Shown in pieces: positions 9,051-19,024 of a stretch of DNA of 47,797 bases. Origin of the DNA: a virus; the UHGV virus genome UHGV-0177318; one strand, given 5' to 3'. Each line of letters opens with the position of its first letter. Position 1 is the first letter of the stretch. The notes beneath the pieces are model-generated. The model was given only the letters and a program-made list of their open reading frames with translations, searched no databases and was not told where the DNA came from. The position numbers were made by a program, and so were the translations under genes.

Positions 9051-12000
9051 CGATCTGGTTATTAAGCTGGATGTTGACCGCGCAACCTTCAGCGAGCAGG
9101 TCGCCCGAATCAAAGGGCAACTGACAGGAATGGCGGATGAGTCTGATAAAGTTCAGGCGCGAATGCAGCGTGCTGCGGACCGTCAGAGCGCTGCACTAAA
9201 GAGCGTGGGCGACGCTGGCGCGGCGGCCGCCGCAGACATGAAAGCCCGTCAGTCAGCCGCAACGGAAGGGCTGACAAAAGACTGGCAGAACGTTTCCAGG
9301 TCCGTTGATGAAACTCATCGCCGCGTGACCGAACTTAACCAACGCATGCGTGAGAATGACGGACAGGCTGCAGCGCTTGCCCGCCGACAGGATGAACTGG
9401 CGGCATCATTTTTCCGCCAGATTGACGGCGTTCGCCAGCTCAATGGTGAAACACAGTCGCTTGCGAACGTGCAGGCGCGCTTTCGCGCAGCGAGGGCACA
9501 GGGCAACATAACCCAGCAGGATTATCTCGCCCTTATTTCCCGCACCACGGCCCGGCAAAAAGAACTGCAGATCGTGGAGGAAAAATCGGCCGCAGCGCGC
9601 ACGCGATTCCTCAGCCAGCTGAAGCAACAGGTTGCAGAGCAAAAGCTCTCCGGTACCGAGCTGCTGCGCATGAAGGCGGCGCAGGTCGGTGCCAGCGATG
9701 CGGCTGAAGTTTATATCCGCAAGCTTGAAGCTGCCAAAGTGGCCACGCACGGTCTGGGGCTGCAAAGTGCTGCTGCCCGGCAAGAGCTGGGGGTACTTAT
9801 CGGCGAGGTCATGCGCGGTAACTTCGGTGCGCTGCGCGGCTCCGGGATCACACTGGCGAACCGGGCAGGATGGATAGACCAGCTGCTGTCGCTGCGCGGG
9901 CTTGGGATCGCCGGCTTGGTTGGTGGGATTGCCGCGGCGGTATTCGGACTGGGTAAGGCCTGGTATGACGGCAGCAAAGAGTCTGAGGAATTTAACAGGC
10001 AGCTGATCCTGACCGGGAACTACGCGGGGAAAACGTCAGGGCAGCTGCAGGCGCTGGCGCGCTCGCTGGCAGGTAATGGCATCACGCAGCATGCCGCTGC
10101 AGGCGTGCTGGCGCAGGTCGTTGGCAGCGGCGCGTTCAGCGGGAATGACGTCAGCATGGTCAGCAATGTTGCCGCCAGGCTGCAGCAGGCTACCGGACAG
10201 GCCGTCGACGAAACCATAAATCAGTTTAAGCGCCTGAAGGATGATCCGGTTAACGCGGTCGCGACGCTCAACGATTCCCTTCATTTTCTGACAGCCACCC
10301 AGTATGAACAGATAGCTTCTGCTCAGGCGCTGGGGGATTCTCAGAAGGCCGCCGAGCTGGCCATGCGGGCATATTCCGACGCGGTCATTCAGCGCGCCGG
10401 TGCGGTCGAGGATAATCTCGGAACCCTCGAAAAAGCCTGGAACTGGGTGAAGAATGCCGCCTCCGGTGCGTGGGATGCGATGCTTGGCATAGGGCGTAAT
10501 CCTGACACCGCGATGAAGCGCCAGGACTCTTTTGCTGAATGGCAGGCAGCAGAGAAGGAGTACCGCGCGCTTTCCAGCAATCTTAAGGTCGACCCGGATT
10601 ATGCCGGTAACAACGTTCTGCAGAAAGCTGATGCGGAAAGGCTGAGAAACGCGCGCCAGCAGGTGGAGCTGAAAAAGCAGGCTTACGATCTTGCCGATCA
10701 GCAATACGCTCAGGAAGGGCTGGCAGCCGCGCGGGAAAAAATGCGGACAGACCAGCAGGCTCAGGCAATCCGCAACCAGCAGCAGTTTAACCAGCTGGTG
10801 GAGTCCGGCGCGACGGCGGCAGAAAAGCGGGCTTCAGCAGAGAAAAAGCTCAGTCAGCTTATTGAGAAAAACCGCCAGGATGCGAAAGACGGTGTCGCCA
10901 CGCTGTGGACTGAAAAGGACATTGCCGCGGCCCGCGCCGGGATTGAAAAGCAGTGGAAAGATCCAAAAACGCCGAAAGGCAAAAGCTACTCAACGCCCGC
11001 CGGGGACAAAGCAGAGGAAAAGGCGCAGGCCGAACTTCTCACCCTTCAGGCCCAGCTTAAAACGCTTGAGCAGCATACCAGCGTGAATGACGTCATAAGC
11101 AAACAGCGTCAGGATCTCTGGCAGACTGAAAATCAGTTCACCGTTCTGCAGGAGGCTGCAGGGCGTCGTCAGCTTACGGCGCAGGAAAAATCCCTGCTGG
11201 CGCACAAGGAAGAAACGCTCGAGTACAAGCGGCAGCTGGCCGATCTGGGCGATAAGGTTGCCAGCCAGCAAAAGCTCAACCAGCTGGCCGATCAGGCCGT
11301 GAAGTTTGAGCAGCAGCAAAAAGCGGCCAGGGCGGGTCTGCAGGCTCAGTCTGAGGGGGTATCCACCCGGGAAGCCGGGCGACAAACTACGCTGCAGCGT
11401 CTCAGCGAAAGCTATTCGTACAACCCTCAGGCGCAGCAAAAGGTTCTCGAAGAGCAAAGGGCGACGTTCGAGGCTGAAGATGCTCTGCGCGCAAACTGGC
11501 TGGCCGGTGCGAAACAGGGCTGGGCCGAATATCAGGATTCAGCGACAAACGTTTTCAGCTCTGTTCAGCAGATTTCGCAGGCTACGTTCAGCGGGCTGGC
11601 GGGCCAGCTTACCAGCCTGACGACAACCGGGAAGGCGAGCTTCAGGGACTTCACCAGCTCGATCCTTAAAATGATAGTGTCCGTTATCAACCAGCTGCTG
11701 GTGGCTTACACCATCCAGAGCGCAATGGGCTGGGTTAGCGGCGGGGCGAAAATCTCCTCTGCAGGTCAGTCATTCGCGGTCCCGTCATACCGGCCACAGG
11801 GTTTTGACGTGGGCGGTTTTACCGGGCACGGCGGCAAGTACGAGCCAGCCGGTATCGTTCACCGCGGGGAATTCGTCTTCACCAAAGAATCAACCAGCCG
11901 TATCGGCGTGGCTAATCTCTATCGCCTGATGCGCGGGTATGCCTCGGGTGGTCTGGTCGGCGGCGGTAGCGCAGCCGGTGCTGGCATGGGCGGGATCAGT

Positions 12001-12171
12001 GTTTATGCCCCAGTCAGCATCAGCCAGCAGGGGAGTGACGGGAGCATAAATCAGGCGAACGCCACGGGGACGGCGAAACAGCTGCAGGCGATTGTTCAGC
12101 AGACAATCACCGAGCGACTGAAAAAAGAAATGTCCGCAGGTGGCGTGCTTTATTCGAGGAGGACACAGTGA
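9034..12171 (+). CDS. H: Tail tape measure protein (lambda gpH-like)
   Basis: 1045 aa, long coiled-coil/Ala-Gln-rich. The C-terminal [28 protein letters not shown] is as in lambda H. Position between T and M. Confidence 0.92.
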   Translation: MAQQISDLVIKLDVDRATFSEQVARIKGQLTGMADESDKVQARMQRAADRQSAALKSVGDAGAAAAADMKARQSAATEGLTKDWQNVSRSVDETHRRVTELNQRMRENDGQAAALARRQDELAASFFRQIDGVRQLNGETQSLANVQARFRAARAQGNITQQDYLALISRTTARQKELQIVEEKSAAARTRFLSQLKQQVAEQKLSGTELLRMKAAQVGASDAAEVYIRKLEAAKVATHGLGLQSAAARQELGVLIGEVMRGNFGALRGSGITLANRAGWIDQLLSLRGLGIAGLVGGIAAAVFGLGKAWYDGSKESEEFNRQLILTGNYAGKTSGQLQALARSLAGNGITQHAAAGVLAQVVGSGAFSGNDVSMVSNVAARLQQATGQAVDETINQFKRLKDDPVNAVATLNDSLHFLTATQYEQIASAQALGDSQKAAELAMRAYSDAVIQRAGAVEDNLGTLEKAWNWVKNAASGAWDAMLGIGRNPDTAMKRQDSFAEWQAAEKEYRALSSNLKVDPDYAGNNVLQKADAERLRNARQQVELKKQAYDLADQQYAQEGLAAAREKMRTDQQAQAIRNQQQFNQLVESGATAAEKRASAEKKLSQLIEKNRQDAKDGVATLWTEKDIAAARAGIEKQWKDPKTPKGKSYSTPAGDKAEEKAQAELLTLQAQLKTLEQHTSVNDVISKQRQDLWQTENQFTVLQEAAGRRQLTAQEKSLLAHKEETLEYKRQLADLGDKVASQQKLNQLADQAVKFEQQQKAARAGLQAQSEGVSTREAGRQTTLQRLSESYSYNPQAQQKVLEEQRATFEAEDALRANWLAGAKQGWAEYQDSATNVFSSVQQISQATFSGLAGQLTSLTTTGKASFRDFTSSILKMIVSVINQLLVAYTIQSAMGWVSGGAKISSAGQSFAVPSYRPQGFDVGGFTGHGGKYEPAGIVHRGEFVFTKESTSRIGVANLYRLMRGYASGGLVGGGSAAGAGMGGISVYAPVSISQQGSDGSINQANATGTAKQLQAIVQQTITERLKKEMSAGGVLYSRRTQ

Positions 12172-12506
12172 CGGACACGTTTACCTGGCGCACGCGAAAA
12201 ACAGCGCAGGGTACTGAAACCGCCCGAACGCTGCAGGCCCAGTTCGGGGATGGCTACAAACAGATAGCGGGGATGGGGATCAACGACAAACAGGAAACGT
12301 GGAACCTGGACTGGACGGGCACCAGACAGGAGGCGGCTGCGCTGCGCGCTTTCCTGATGTCTCACGTTACTAAATCGTTCTGGTGGACCACTCCATGGGG
12401 TGAAAAAAAGCTGTTCAGAATGAAGGCCGATTCGTTCAGCGTTTCTTTCCCTACCGGGAAAAAAGCCACTGTGGCCTTCACTTTTGAACAGGCGTTCGCG
12501 CCCTGA
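12168..12506 (+). CDS. M: Minor tail protein (lambda gpM-like)
   Basis: 112 aa (gpM 109 aa). 4-nt overlap with H. Synteny. Confidence 0.88.
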   Translation: MTDTFTWRTRKTAQGTETARTLQAQFGDGYKQIAGMGINDKQETWNLDWTGTRQEAAALRAFLMSHVTKSFWWTTPWGEKKLFRMKADSFSVSFPTGKKATVAFTFEQAFAP

Positions 12507-12525
12507 TTTTCTCGACAAACACTGA

Positions 12526-12550
12526 AAGCTGCCTCCGGGCGGCTTTTTTT
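12526..12550 (+). terminator. Intrinsic terminator-like hairpin between M and L
   Basis: GCTGCC-tccg-GGCGGC (one G.U pair) followed by T7. The L SD (GGGGGGAG) follows at 12553. Confidence 0.55.
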
Positions 12551-12561
12551 ATGGGGGGAGT

Positions 12562-13299
12562 ATGAGTTTTACGGCAGACATCCAACAGCTTGAGCCCGGC
12601 AGCGTTATTCAGCTGATTGAGATCGACGGCACTGAATTCGGTATGGATCAGGTGCTGCGTTTTCATGCGCACAATATTCAGGAAGAGGGGTGGGCAGCCT
12701 TCGCCGCAGCAAATCTGCCCGCCATTATCTGGCAGGGAAACCAGTACGATCCCCATCCCTACGAACTGAAGGGGATGGAGTTATCGAGTACAGGTTCCCA
12801 GCCAACGCCCACGCTGTCCGTCGGGAACGTCGGAAACTATGTCACCGCGCTGTGTCTTGAATATGACGATATGGTCAGGGCTAAGGTCAAAATCCATACC
12901 ACGCTTTCGAAGTATCTCGATGCCGCCAACTGGAAAAACGGTAATCCGGGTGCCAGCCCGGCCGATGAGCGCGTACAGCTCTTTTACGTCAATGCTAAAA
13001 CCGCAGAGACGCGGGTAAAGGTTGATTTCGAGCTGTGTTCTCCTTTCGATATTCAGAGCCTGCAGCTGCCGACACGGCAGATTACGCCTGTCTGCACCTG
13101 GTGTATGCGGGGCTGGTACCGAAGCGGGACCGGATGCGATTACAACGGCACGAAATACTTTACCAAAGACGGTACGCCGACCGATGACCCGTCGAAAGAT
13201 GTTTGTGGCGGCCGCCGGCAGGATTGTCAGGATCGTCACGGCCCGGACGCGCCGCTGCCGTTCGGCGGTTTTCCGGCTGCAAACCTGCAGGGGAAATAA
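12562..13299 (+). CDS. L: Minor tail protein (lambda gpL-like)
   Basis: 245 aa. The C-terminal Cys cluster (CTWCMRGWYRSGTGCDY...CGGRRQDCQDRHG) is typical of the gpL Fe-S region. Synteny. Confidence 0.9.
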   Translation: MSFTADIQQLEPGSVIQLIEIDGTEFGMDQVLRFHAHNIQEEGWAAFAAANLPAIIWQGNQYDPHPYELKGMELSSTGSQPTPTLSVGNVGNYVTALCLEYDDMVRAKVKIHTTLSKYLDAANWKNGNPGASPADERVQLFYVNAKTAETRVKVDFELCSPFDIQSLQLPTRQITPVCTWCMRGWYRSGTGCDYNGTKYFTKDGTPTDDPSKDVCGGRRQDCQDRHGPDAPLPFGGFPAANLQGK

Positions 13300-13301
13300 A
13301 A

Positions 13302-14021
13302 ATGCGTGAAAAATTGCTGGATGCTATCCGTCAGCACGTCGCTGCTGAATACCCCAAAGAAGCCTGCGGCCTGATTGTTCAGTCAGGCCAGCAGCAAATC
13401 TATATTCCCTGCCGCAACATTGCCGATAAACCCGAGGAGACATTCACGCTCTCCCCGGAAGACCAGCTCGCTGCCCGCGCGCGCGGTGAGATCATCATGC
13501 TCATTCATTCACATCCGGATGTGGTTCGGCTGGTGCCCTCAGAGCTGGACCGGATCCAGTGCGACTGGTCGGGTATTGAGTGGGGGATCATGTCCTGGCC
13601 GGACGGGGACTTTTGTACGATCTCCCCGCGTGAAGACCGGGATTATGCCGGGCGGCAGTGGGTGCTGGGTTACGCGGACTGCTGGTCGTTAATCCGTGAA
13701 TATTATCTGCGCGAATACGGCATTGTTCTCGGGGACTATTCGGTACCTTACGAATGGTGGGAGAGCGGCAAGGAGCGGCTCTACGACGACAACTGGGAGC
13801 GCGAGGGATTCGTTGAGATTGCCGCCGGTGCAATGCAGCCCGGTGACATCATCATGATGAGTGTGCAGGCATCGGTGACTAATCACGCCGCGGTATATGT
13901 GGGTGACAACATCATTCTCCATCATCTGTTCGGGCATCTTTCTTCGCGAACGCCTTATGGAAAATATTATCGCGACAGAACGGTCCGGGTGGTCAGGCAT
14001 AAGGACCGAATGCATGGTTAA
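13302..14021 (+). CDS. K: Tail tip assembly protein (lambda gpK-like; JAB/MPN + NlpC/P60 domains)
   Basis: An internal start at MREKLLDAIRQHVAAEYPKEACG right after the L stop gives 239 aa. Motifs HSHP and DCWSL...NHAAVYVG match gpK. The track start at 13203 would overlap L by about 100 nt. Confidence 0.88.
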   Translation: MREKLLDAIRQHVAAEYPKEACGLIVQSGQQQIYIPCRNIADKPEETFTLSPEDQLAARARGEIIMLIHSHPDVVRLVPSELDRIQCDWSGIEWGIMSWPDGDFCTISPREDRDYAGRQWVLGYADCWSLIREYYLREYGIVLGDYSVPYEWWESGKERLYDDNWEREGFVEIAAGAMQPGDIIMMSVQASVTNHAAVYVGDNIILHHLFGHLSSRTPYGKYYRDRTVRVVRHKDRMHG

Positions 14022-14631
14022 GACGCTTATTCTCGAAGGGAAAATGGCTAAAAAATTCGGTAAACGCGTTCAGTTTGATGTTGCCGATCTGCGCGAAATG
14101 CTCAGGGCCATGTGTTCACAGGTTCCCGGATTCAAAAAATATATGTCGGAAGCTCATATGAAGGGGATCCGTTTCGCCTTTTTTAACGGTGACAACAATA
14201 TCGGGCTGGAAGAGTTTGATATGACCCGCGGTGGAAGCGTGTACCGGATCGTGCCCGTTTATGAGGGGGCCAAAAATTCAGGCGTCCTGCAGATAGTTGT
14301 CGGTGCCGTTGCGCTGGTCGCTGCATTCTTTACCGCCGGTGCGAGTATGGCAGCCTGGGGGGCTGCGATGAGTGCAACAGCCATCAGCGCCACGTCAATT
14401 TTGACCGGGGTCGGGGTGTCAATGATGCTGGGTGGCGTTGTCCAGATGCTTACGCCCCAGCCATCCTTCGGCGCGGGTAAATCCTCCAGCACGGACAACA
14501 CGCCTAACTACGCCTTCGGGGCGCCGGTTAATACCGTCGCTATGGGGCATCCAGTCCCCCTGGCCTATGGTCTGATCGAGGCAGGGGGAGCGATAGTCAG
14601 CGCCGGTATGTACTCGAGCGATCAGCAATAG
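14014..14631 (+). CDS. I: Tail tip assembly protein (lambda gpI-like)
   Basis: Start MVKTLILEGKMAKKFG overlaps the K stop (ATGGTTAA). GAKNSGVLQIVVGAVALVAAFFTAGASMAAWGAA...LGGVVQMLTP matches gpI (GAKSGGVFQIVLGAAAIAGSFFTAGATLAAWGAA). Confidence 0.88.
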   Translation: MVKTLILEGKMAKKFGKRVQFDVADLREMLRAMCSQVPGFKKYMSEAHMKGIRFAFFNGDNNIGLEEFDMTRGGSVYRIVPVYEGAKNSGVLQIVVGAVALVAAFFTAGASMAAWGAAMSATAISATSILTGVGVSMMLGGVVQMLTPQPSFGAGKSSSTDNTPNYAFGAPVNTVAMGHPVPLAYGLIEAGGAIVSAGMYSSDQQ

Positions 14632-14716
14632 TGAAATGCAACCTAATAAGATGAACGTTACATTGCGATCACCCTTGGTTATCATGTCCAAAAAGATGCC
14701 AATCAAGGAGATGAAA

Positions 14717-15193
14717 GTGAAAAAATACGGTTTGGTCTTATTAGGTGTGCTGTTTATTTCAGGTTGTGCCCCCCAAAATCAGAACAACAATTTACAAAAA
14801 CAATACGCTGACTTAGCAAAGTGTGAAGATAACATCACGATGCCAAAACAAATGCCGCAAAGTAAAAAGGAGTTTGCGGAGTTTTTATCCAAGGCTGCGC
14901 TTAGTGCCTCGGCAGATCAGTTTGTTACCCAGAAGCGTATAGAAATTCTGCAATTAGTTGGGTGGGATAATTCAGTAGCTGATGCAATAACGACATGTGG
15001 AGCTACCAGAAAGAGCAAGCTAAAAGATATTGGGTCGAATGTGTTTGAAACGATGAAAGCAAACACTAAAGATACAGAAGAGCGTCGCGCTCTTGTTGAG
15101 GCTTATAGTTCGTGGGAGGCTTATGTAACCAGCCAAACTCCGCTCGCAAAACAGGACTTTGACTCTAAAGTTAGCTATTACAAAAACATGTAA
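14717..15193 (+). CDS. Lipoprotein of unknown function (moron inserted between I and J)
   Basis: Signal peptide plus lipobox: (M)KKYGLVLLGVLFISG|C. SD AAGGAG (14705..14710) lies 6 nt before GTG 14717, whereas ATG 14711 abuts the SD. AT-richer than the flanks and has its own terminator. No lambda counterpart at this position. Confidence 0.75.
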   Translation: MKKYGLVLLGVLFISGCAPQNQNNNLQKQYADLAKCEDNITMPKQMPQSKKEFAEFLSKAALSASADQFVTQKRIEILQLVGWDNSVADAITTCGATRKSKLKDIGSNVFETMKANTKDTEERRALVEAYSSWEAYVTSQTPLAKQDFDSKVSYYKNM

Positions 15194-15221
15194 TAAAACG
15201 CCATCATTAATACTAACAATT

Positions 15222-15245
15222 AACCCAGCTCAGGCTGGGTTTTTT
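15222..15245 (+). terminator. Intrinsic terminator after the lipoprotein moron
   Basis: aaCCCAGC-tcag-GCTGGGtt followed by T5, ending 12 nt before the J start. Confidence 0.75.
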
Positions 15246-15257
15246 AATGGGGTAAAA

Positions 15258-18200
15258 ATGCAACTTCTCCATGGTGAAACCATCATTCAGGGTGCTAAAG
15301 GGGGCGGTGGGAGCGCGCATACTCCGGTTGAGCAACCTGACGATTTGCTGTCGGTCGCAAAATTAAAAATGCTCATTGCCGTTTCTGAGGGGGAAATACA
15401 GGGCGACCTGACCGCACAGAACATTTTTCTCAACGATACGCCGCTTGCAAACGACAGCGGGGAATACAACTTCAGCGGCGTGAAATGGGAATTCCGGAAG
15501 GGCACACAGGACCAGACCTATATTGCCGGGATGCCCCAGGTCGATAACGAGCTGGCGGTTGGCACAACTGTCACCACCACCGCGCCATGGACGCGCCAGT
15601 TTACCAACCTTTCCCTGGATGCCATCCGCATCAAGCTCAGCCTTCCGGTCCAGTATCTCTATAAAGATAACGGCGATATGGTGGGCACGGTCACCGAGTA
15701 TGCGATCGATTTATCAACGGATGGCGGCGCCTGGAAAACGGTTGTAAACGGCAAGTTTGACGGAAAGACCACGACGGAATATCAGCGTGACCACCGTATT
15801 GATCTGCCAAAATCCACGTCCGGCTGGTCTGTCAGGGTCAGGCGTATTACGGCTGATGCCAGCGGATCAAATTCGAAACTGGTTAACGCCTTCAAGGTGT
15901 TTTCGTATGCGGAAGTCATCGACAGCAAGCTTCGTTATCCTTTAACCGCGCTCCTGTATGTCGAAGTGGACAGCAGCCAGTTCAACGGCAGCGCGCCGAA
16001 AGTGACCTGTAAGATAAAAGGCAAGCTGATTAAGGTTCCGGATAATTACGATCCGATAACCCGAACCTATTCTGGTTCATGGTCCGGCGGGTTCAAAATG
16101 GCCTGGTCCAATAACCCTGCCTGGATCTTTTACGATCTGGTTCTGGATGAAATTTACGGCATGGGCACGCGCGTGGATGCGTACATGGTGGATAAGTGGG
16201 CGCTGTATTCAATTGCACAGTATTGCGACGAAATGGTTTCCGACGGCGCCGGTGGTACCGAACCGCGTTTCACCTGCAACGTTTTCATTCAGAGCCAGGA
16301 GGACGCCTGGCAGGTACTTAACGATCTCGCCGCGGTATTTCGTGGAATAACGTTCTGGGGCAACGATCAGATTTATGTCCAGGCAGACGTCCCGCAGGAC
16401 GATGTTGACTGGGTTTATAACGCCTCAAACGTTATCGATGGGCTGTTTACTTATGCGGGCGGCTCATACAAGAATCGCTACAGCTCCTGCCTCGTGTCCT
16501 GGTCCGATCCGCAGAACCATTACAGCGATACCGTTGAGGGAGTCTACGATTCAGAGCTTGTAGAGCGTTACGACGTCAGGCAAACGTCCCTGACCGCAAT
16601 CGGCTGCACCTCGCAAAGTGAAGCGCACCGGCGCGGTCGCTGGGTATTACTCTCCAATGCCAAAGACGGGACCGTATCGTTTGGGGTGGGGCTGGACGGC
16701 TATATTCCTCTGCCCGCTGAAATTATCGGTGTCGCCGATCCTTTCCGTTCCGGAAAGGAGAACGGGGGCCGCATAGTGGCGGTCAATGGCCGCCAGATTA
16801 CGCTGGATCGAGAAATAGATTACGCAGCGAAAGACCGGCTGGTGGTTAACCTGCCCGACGGAAAAGCCCAGACGCGGACAATCAGCGCGGTGAGCGCCGA
16901 TAAAATAACGGTGACGGTGGCTACGGCCTTCAGTCAGGCACCTGCCGCTGGTGCTGTCTGGGCGATAGACAGTGATAACCTCGCGATACAGTACTTCCGG
17001 GTCACTTCAATCGCGGCCAACGATGACAGCACAGGCGGTTTCACAATTACGGCCGTTCAGCACGATCCAAACAAATACCGTTACATCGATGACGGCGTTC
17101 GGATCGAGTCGCCCCCGATCACCGTCACGCCGATAAGCGTCCTGTCTGCGCCGAAGAATATCGTGGTGACTGAGAGCGATCATGTGTCTCAGGGTCTGAC
17201 GGTAGCAAGCCTTGACGTGTCATGGGACAAGGTTGAGGGCGCAATCCGGTACGTTGCCCAGTGGCGCAAGGATAACGGGGACTGGATCAACGTTCCGGTT
17301 ACCAGCGCGCAGGGGTTCTCGGTTCAGGGCATTTATTCAGGCAGCTATGATGTGCGCGTCCGGGCGCTGAATGCGCAGGATACGTCGTCACCATGGGGAT
17401 ACGCCGAAACAACGTACCTTTCCGGAAAAACGGGAAAACCGGGTACCCCGCTCAACTTCCTGGCGACCGAAGATGTGGTCTGGCATATCGATCTGACCTG
17501 GAAATTTCCGGATGGCTCAGGCGACACGGCCTATACAGAGATTCAGCGCGCCACAACCTCTGACTACGCCAATCCTGAACTGCTGGTCCTGGTGCCGTAC
17601 CCGGCTGCAGATTATCAGCATGGCCCCATGCCTGCTGGCGTTCGCCAGTGGTACCGCGCGCGCCTGATTGACCGTATCGGTAATGTCGGTGACTGGACCG
17701 ACTGGGTCATGGGCACGTCCTCGATAGATGTCAGCGAAATAACCAATGACATTCTGGAGGACATGAAAGATTCCGACACGTTCAAAGACCTGATCGAGAA
17801 CGCGGTGGACAGCAATGAAAAAGTTGCAGGCATGGCGGATGACATCAAAAAGCATGCCGACGAGCTGGAGCAGCAGGCGAAAGACATCCAGGAGAACGCT
17901 GACGGGCTGGCGCAGGCCGAAGTGAAGATAGACGAGATTTCAGTGTCGATGGACGGCATGACGGGAGGTGTGAAGAACTCGGCAATTGCGATAATCCAGG
18001 CCAACCTTGCTCAGGTGGCCACGCGTAAAACTCTGTCGGCATCGGTAGCCGGTAACAGCGCACAGCTGGACCGCATTGATGAGGTGATCGTCACTGACAG
18101 GGAGGCAACGGCACGCGCATTGCTGAGCCTGCAGACGAACGTCAACGGTAATACGGCATCCATCAACAGTCTGAGCCAGACGGTTTCGAATTATCAGCAG

Positions 18201-18722
18201 GCCACGGCGACGCAGATCAACGCCATCACTGCGACCATAAACGGTAATACGGCGGCGATAACAACAAACGCCCAGGCCATTGCGAACGTAAACGGCCAGC
18301 TCAGCGCGATGTACAACATCAAGGTTGGGGTAACGAGTAATGGCCAGTATTACGCCGCAGGCATGGGGATCGGGGTGGAGAATACGCCATTAGGGATGCA
18401 GTCGCAGGTTATCTTCCTGGCCGATCGTTTTGCCGTGACTACTGCAGCCGGTAACAGCGTGGCGTTGCCGTTTGTTATTCAGAACGGGCAGACGTTCATC
18501 AGGGCCAGCTTCATTCAGGACGGTACCATTGAGAACGCTAAAATCGGCAACTTTATTCAGTCCAATAACTATGTGGCTGGATCTGTAGGCTGGAAGCTTG
18601 ATAAGGGAGGAACGTTCGAAATTAACGGTGTGGGCGGAGGTGGAAGGATGCTGATATCGAGCACTCTCATTCAAATCTACGACAGCAATAACGTGCTGCG
18701 CGTCAGAATGGGGTTATGGTAA
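15258..18722 (+). CDS. J: Central tail fibre / host-specificity protein (lambda gpJ-like)
   Basis: Start MQLLHGETIIQGAKGGGGSAHTP; 1154 aa. Conserved J blocks: DKWALYSIAQYCDEMVSDGAGGTEPRFTCN, FTITAVQHDPNKY, SQFLV-like C-terminal region. The track start at 15159 runs through the upstream terminator. Confidence 0.92.
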   Translation: MQLLHGETIIQGAKGGGGSAHTPVEQPDDLLSVAKLKMLIAVSEGEIQGDLTAQNIFLNDTPLANDSGEYNFSGVKWEFRKGTQDQTYIAGMPQVDNELAVGTTVTTTAPWTRQFTNLSLDAIRIKLSLPVQYLYKDNGDMVGTVTEYAIDLSTDGGAWKTVVNGKFDGKTTTEYQRDHRIDLPKSTSGWSVRVRRITADASGSNSKLVNAFKVFSYAEVIDSKLRYPLTALLYVEVDSSQFNGSAPKVTCKIKGKLIKVPDNYDPITRTYSGSWSGGFKMAWSNNPAWIFYDLVLDEIYGMGTRVDAYMVDKWALYSIAQYCDEMVSDGAGGTEPRFTCNVFIQSQEDAWQVLNDLAAVFRGITFWGNDQIYVQADVPQDDVDWVYNASNVIDGLFTYAGGSYKNRYSSCLVSWSDPQNHYSDTVEGVYDSELVERYDVRQTSLTAIGCTSQSEAHRRGRWVLLSNAKDGTVSFGVGLDGYIPLPAEIIGVADPFRSGKENGGRIVAVNGRQITLDREIDYAAKDRLVVNLPDGKAQTRTISAVSADKITVTVATAFSQAPAAGAVWAIDSDNLAIQYFRVTSIAANDDSTGGFTITAVQHDPNKYRYIDDGVRIESPPITVTPISVLSAPKNIVVTESDHVSQGLTVASLDVSWDKVEGAIRYVAQWRKDNGDWINVPVTSAQGFSVQGIYSGSYDVRVRALNAQDTSSPWGYAETTYLSGKTGKPGTPLNFLATEDVVWHIDLTWKFPDGSGDTAYTEIQRATTSDYANPELLVLVPYPAADYQHGPMPAGVRQWYRARLIDRIGNVGDWTDWVMGTSSIDVSEITNDILEDMKDSDTFKDLIENAVDSNEKVAGMADDIKKHADELEQQAKDIQENADGLAQAEVKIDEISVSMDGMTGGVKNSAIAIIQANLAQVATRKTLSASVAGNSAQLDRIDEVIVTDREATARALLSLQTNVNGNTASINSLSQTVSNYQQATATQINAITATINGNTAAITTNAQAIANVNGQLSAMYNIKVGVTSNGQYYAAGMGIGVENTPLGMQSQVIFLADRFAVTTAAGNSVALPFVIQNGQTFIRASFIQDGTIENAKIGNFIQSNNYVAGSVGWKLDKGGTFEINGVGGGGRMLISSTLIQIYDSNNVLRVRMGLW

Positions 18723-19024
18723 TGCCACAGGGTTTACAGTGCTGGGACGGCGCCGGGCGTATTGCCGTTGATTTAAGTGATTACGCTATCCGGTATATTG
18801 GAAGCACTTCTGTAACATTTGCCGCGGGGGAAACGGCGAAAGACGTTTCCTTTTCCGGTGTAACGCAGGATGGATCATTTATATCAATCGTATCGGCGAG
18901 TTCGGCAGGAGTAATAAATGAATATTATTGCCGGGCTTTTAATGGTGGATTTACCGTTTTTTATTTACCGAGCGGCGGCAGTATTTCTATCACTCTCAAT
19001 ATGGAGGTTTATAACTTTCAATGA
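18716..19024 (+). CDS. Hypothetical protein downstream of J
   Basis: 102 aa, overlaps the J stop, same strand, translationally coupled to the next ORF. Its N-terminal motif GLQCWDGAGRIAVD is shared with that ORF. Confidence 0.6.
   Translation: MVMPQGLQCWDGAGRIAVDLSDYAIRYIGSTSVTFAAGETAKDVSFSGVTQDGSFISIVSASSAGVINEYYCRAFNGGFTVFYLPSGGSISITLNMEVYNFQ

Noticed and set aside
10036-10704. Long antisense ORFs inside structural genes, for example the 222-aa minus-strand ORF inside H. Others include 463..891, 938..1351, 5034..5444, 5658..6059, 12781..13239, 17615..18004 and 37921..38499.
   Set aside because: They lie entirely opposite genes with strong lambda homology. They have Arg/Ser/Pro/Cys-rich shadow composition, no SD and no partner genes. 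These are typical GC-rich frame shadows.
15159-15257. Longest-ORF N-terminal extensions given in the track for J (15159), E (4669), FI (5731), K (13203), I (13897), umuD (21619), Nu1 (46516), the C5 MTase (36964), the antirepressor (38901), Rz (43807), xis (27695) and the lipoprotein (14636).
   Set aside because: Homology to the lambda or E. coli proteins begins at internal starts. The extensions overlap upstream genes or run through terminator hairpins.
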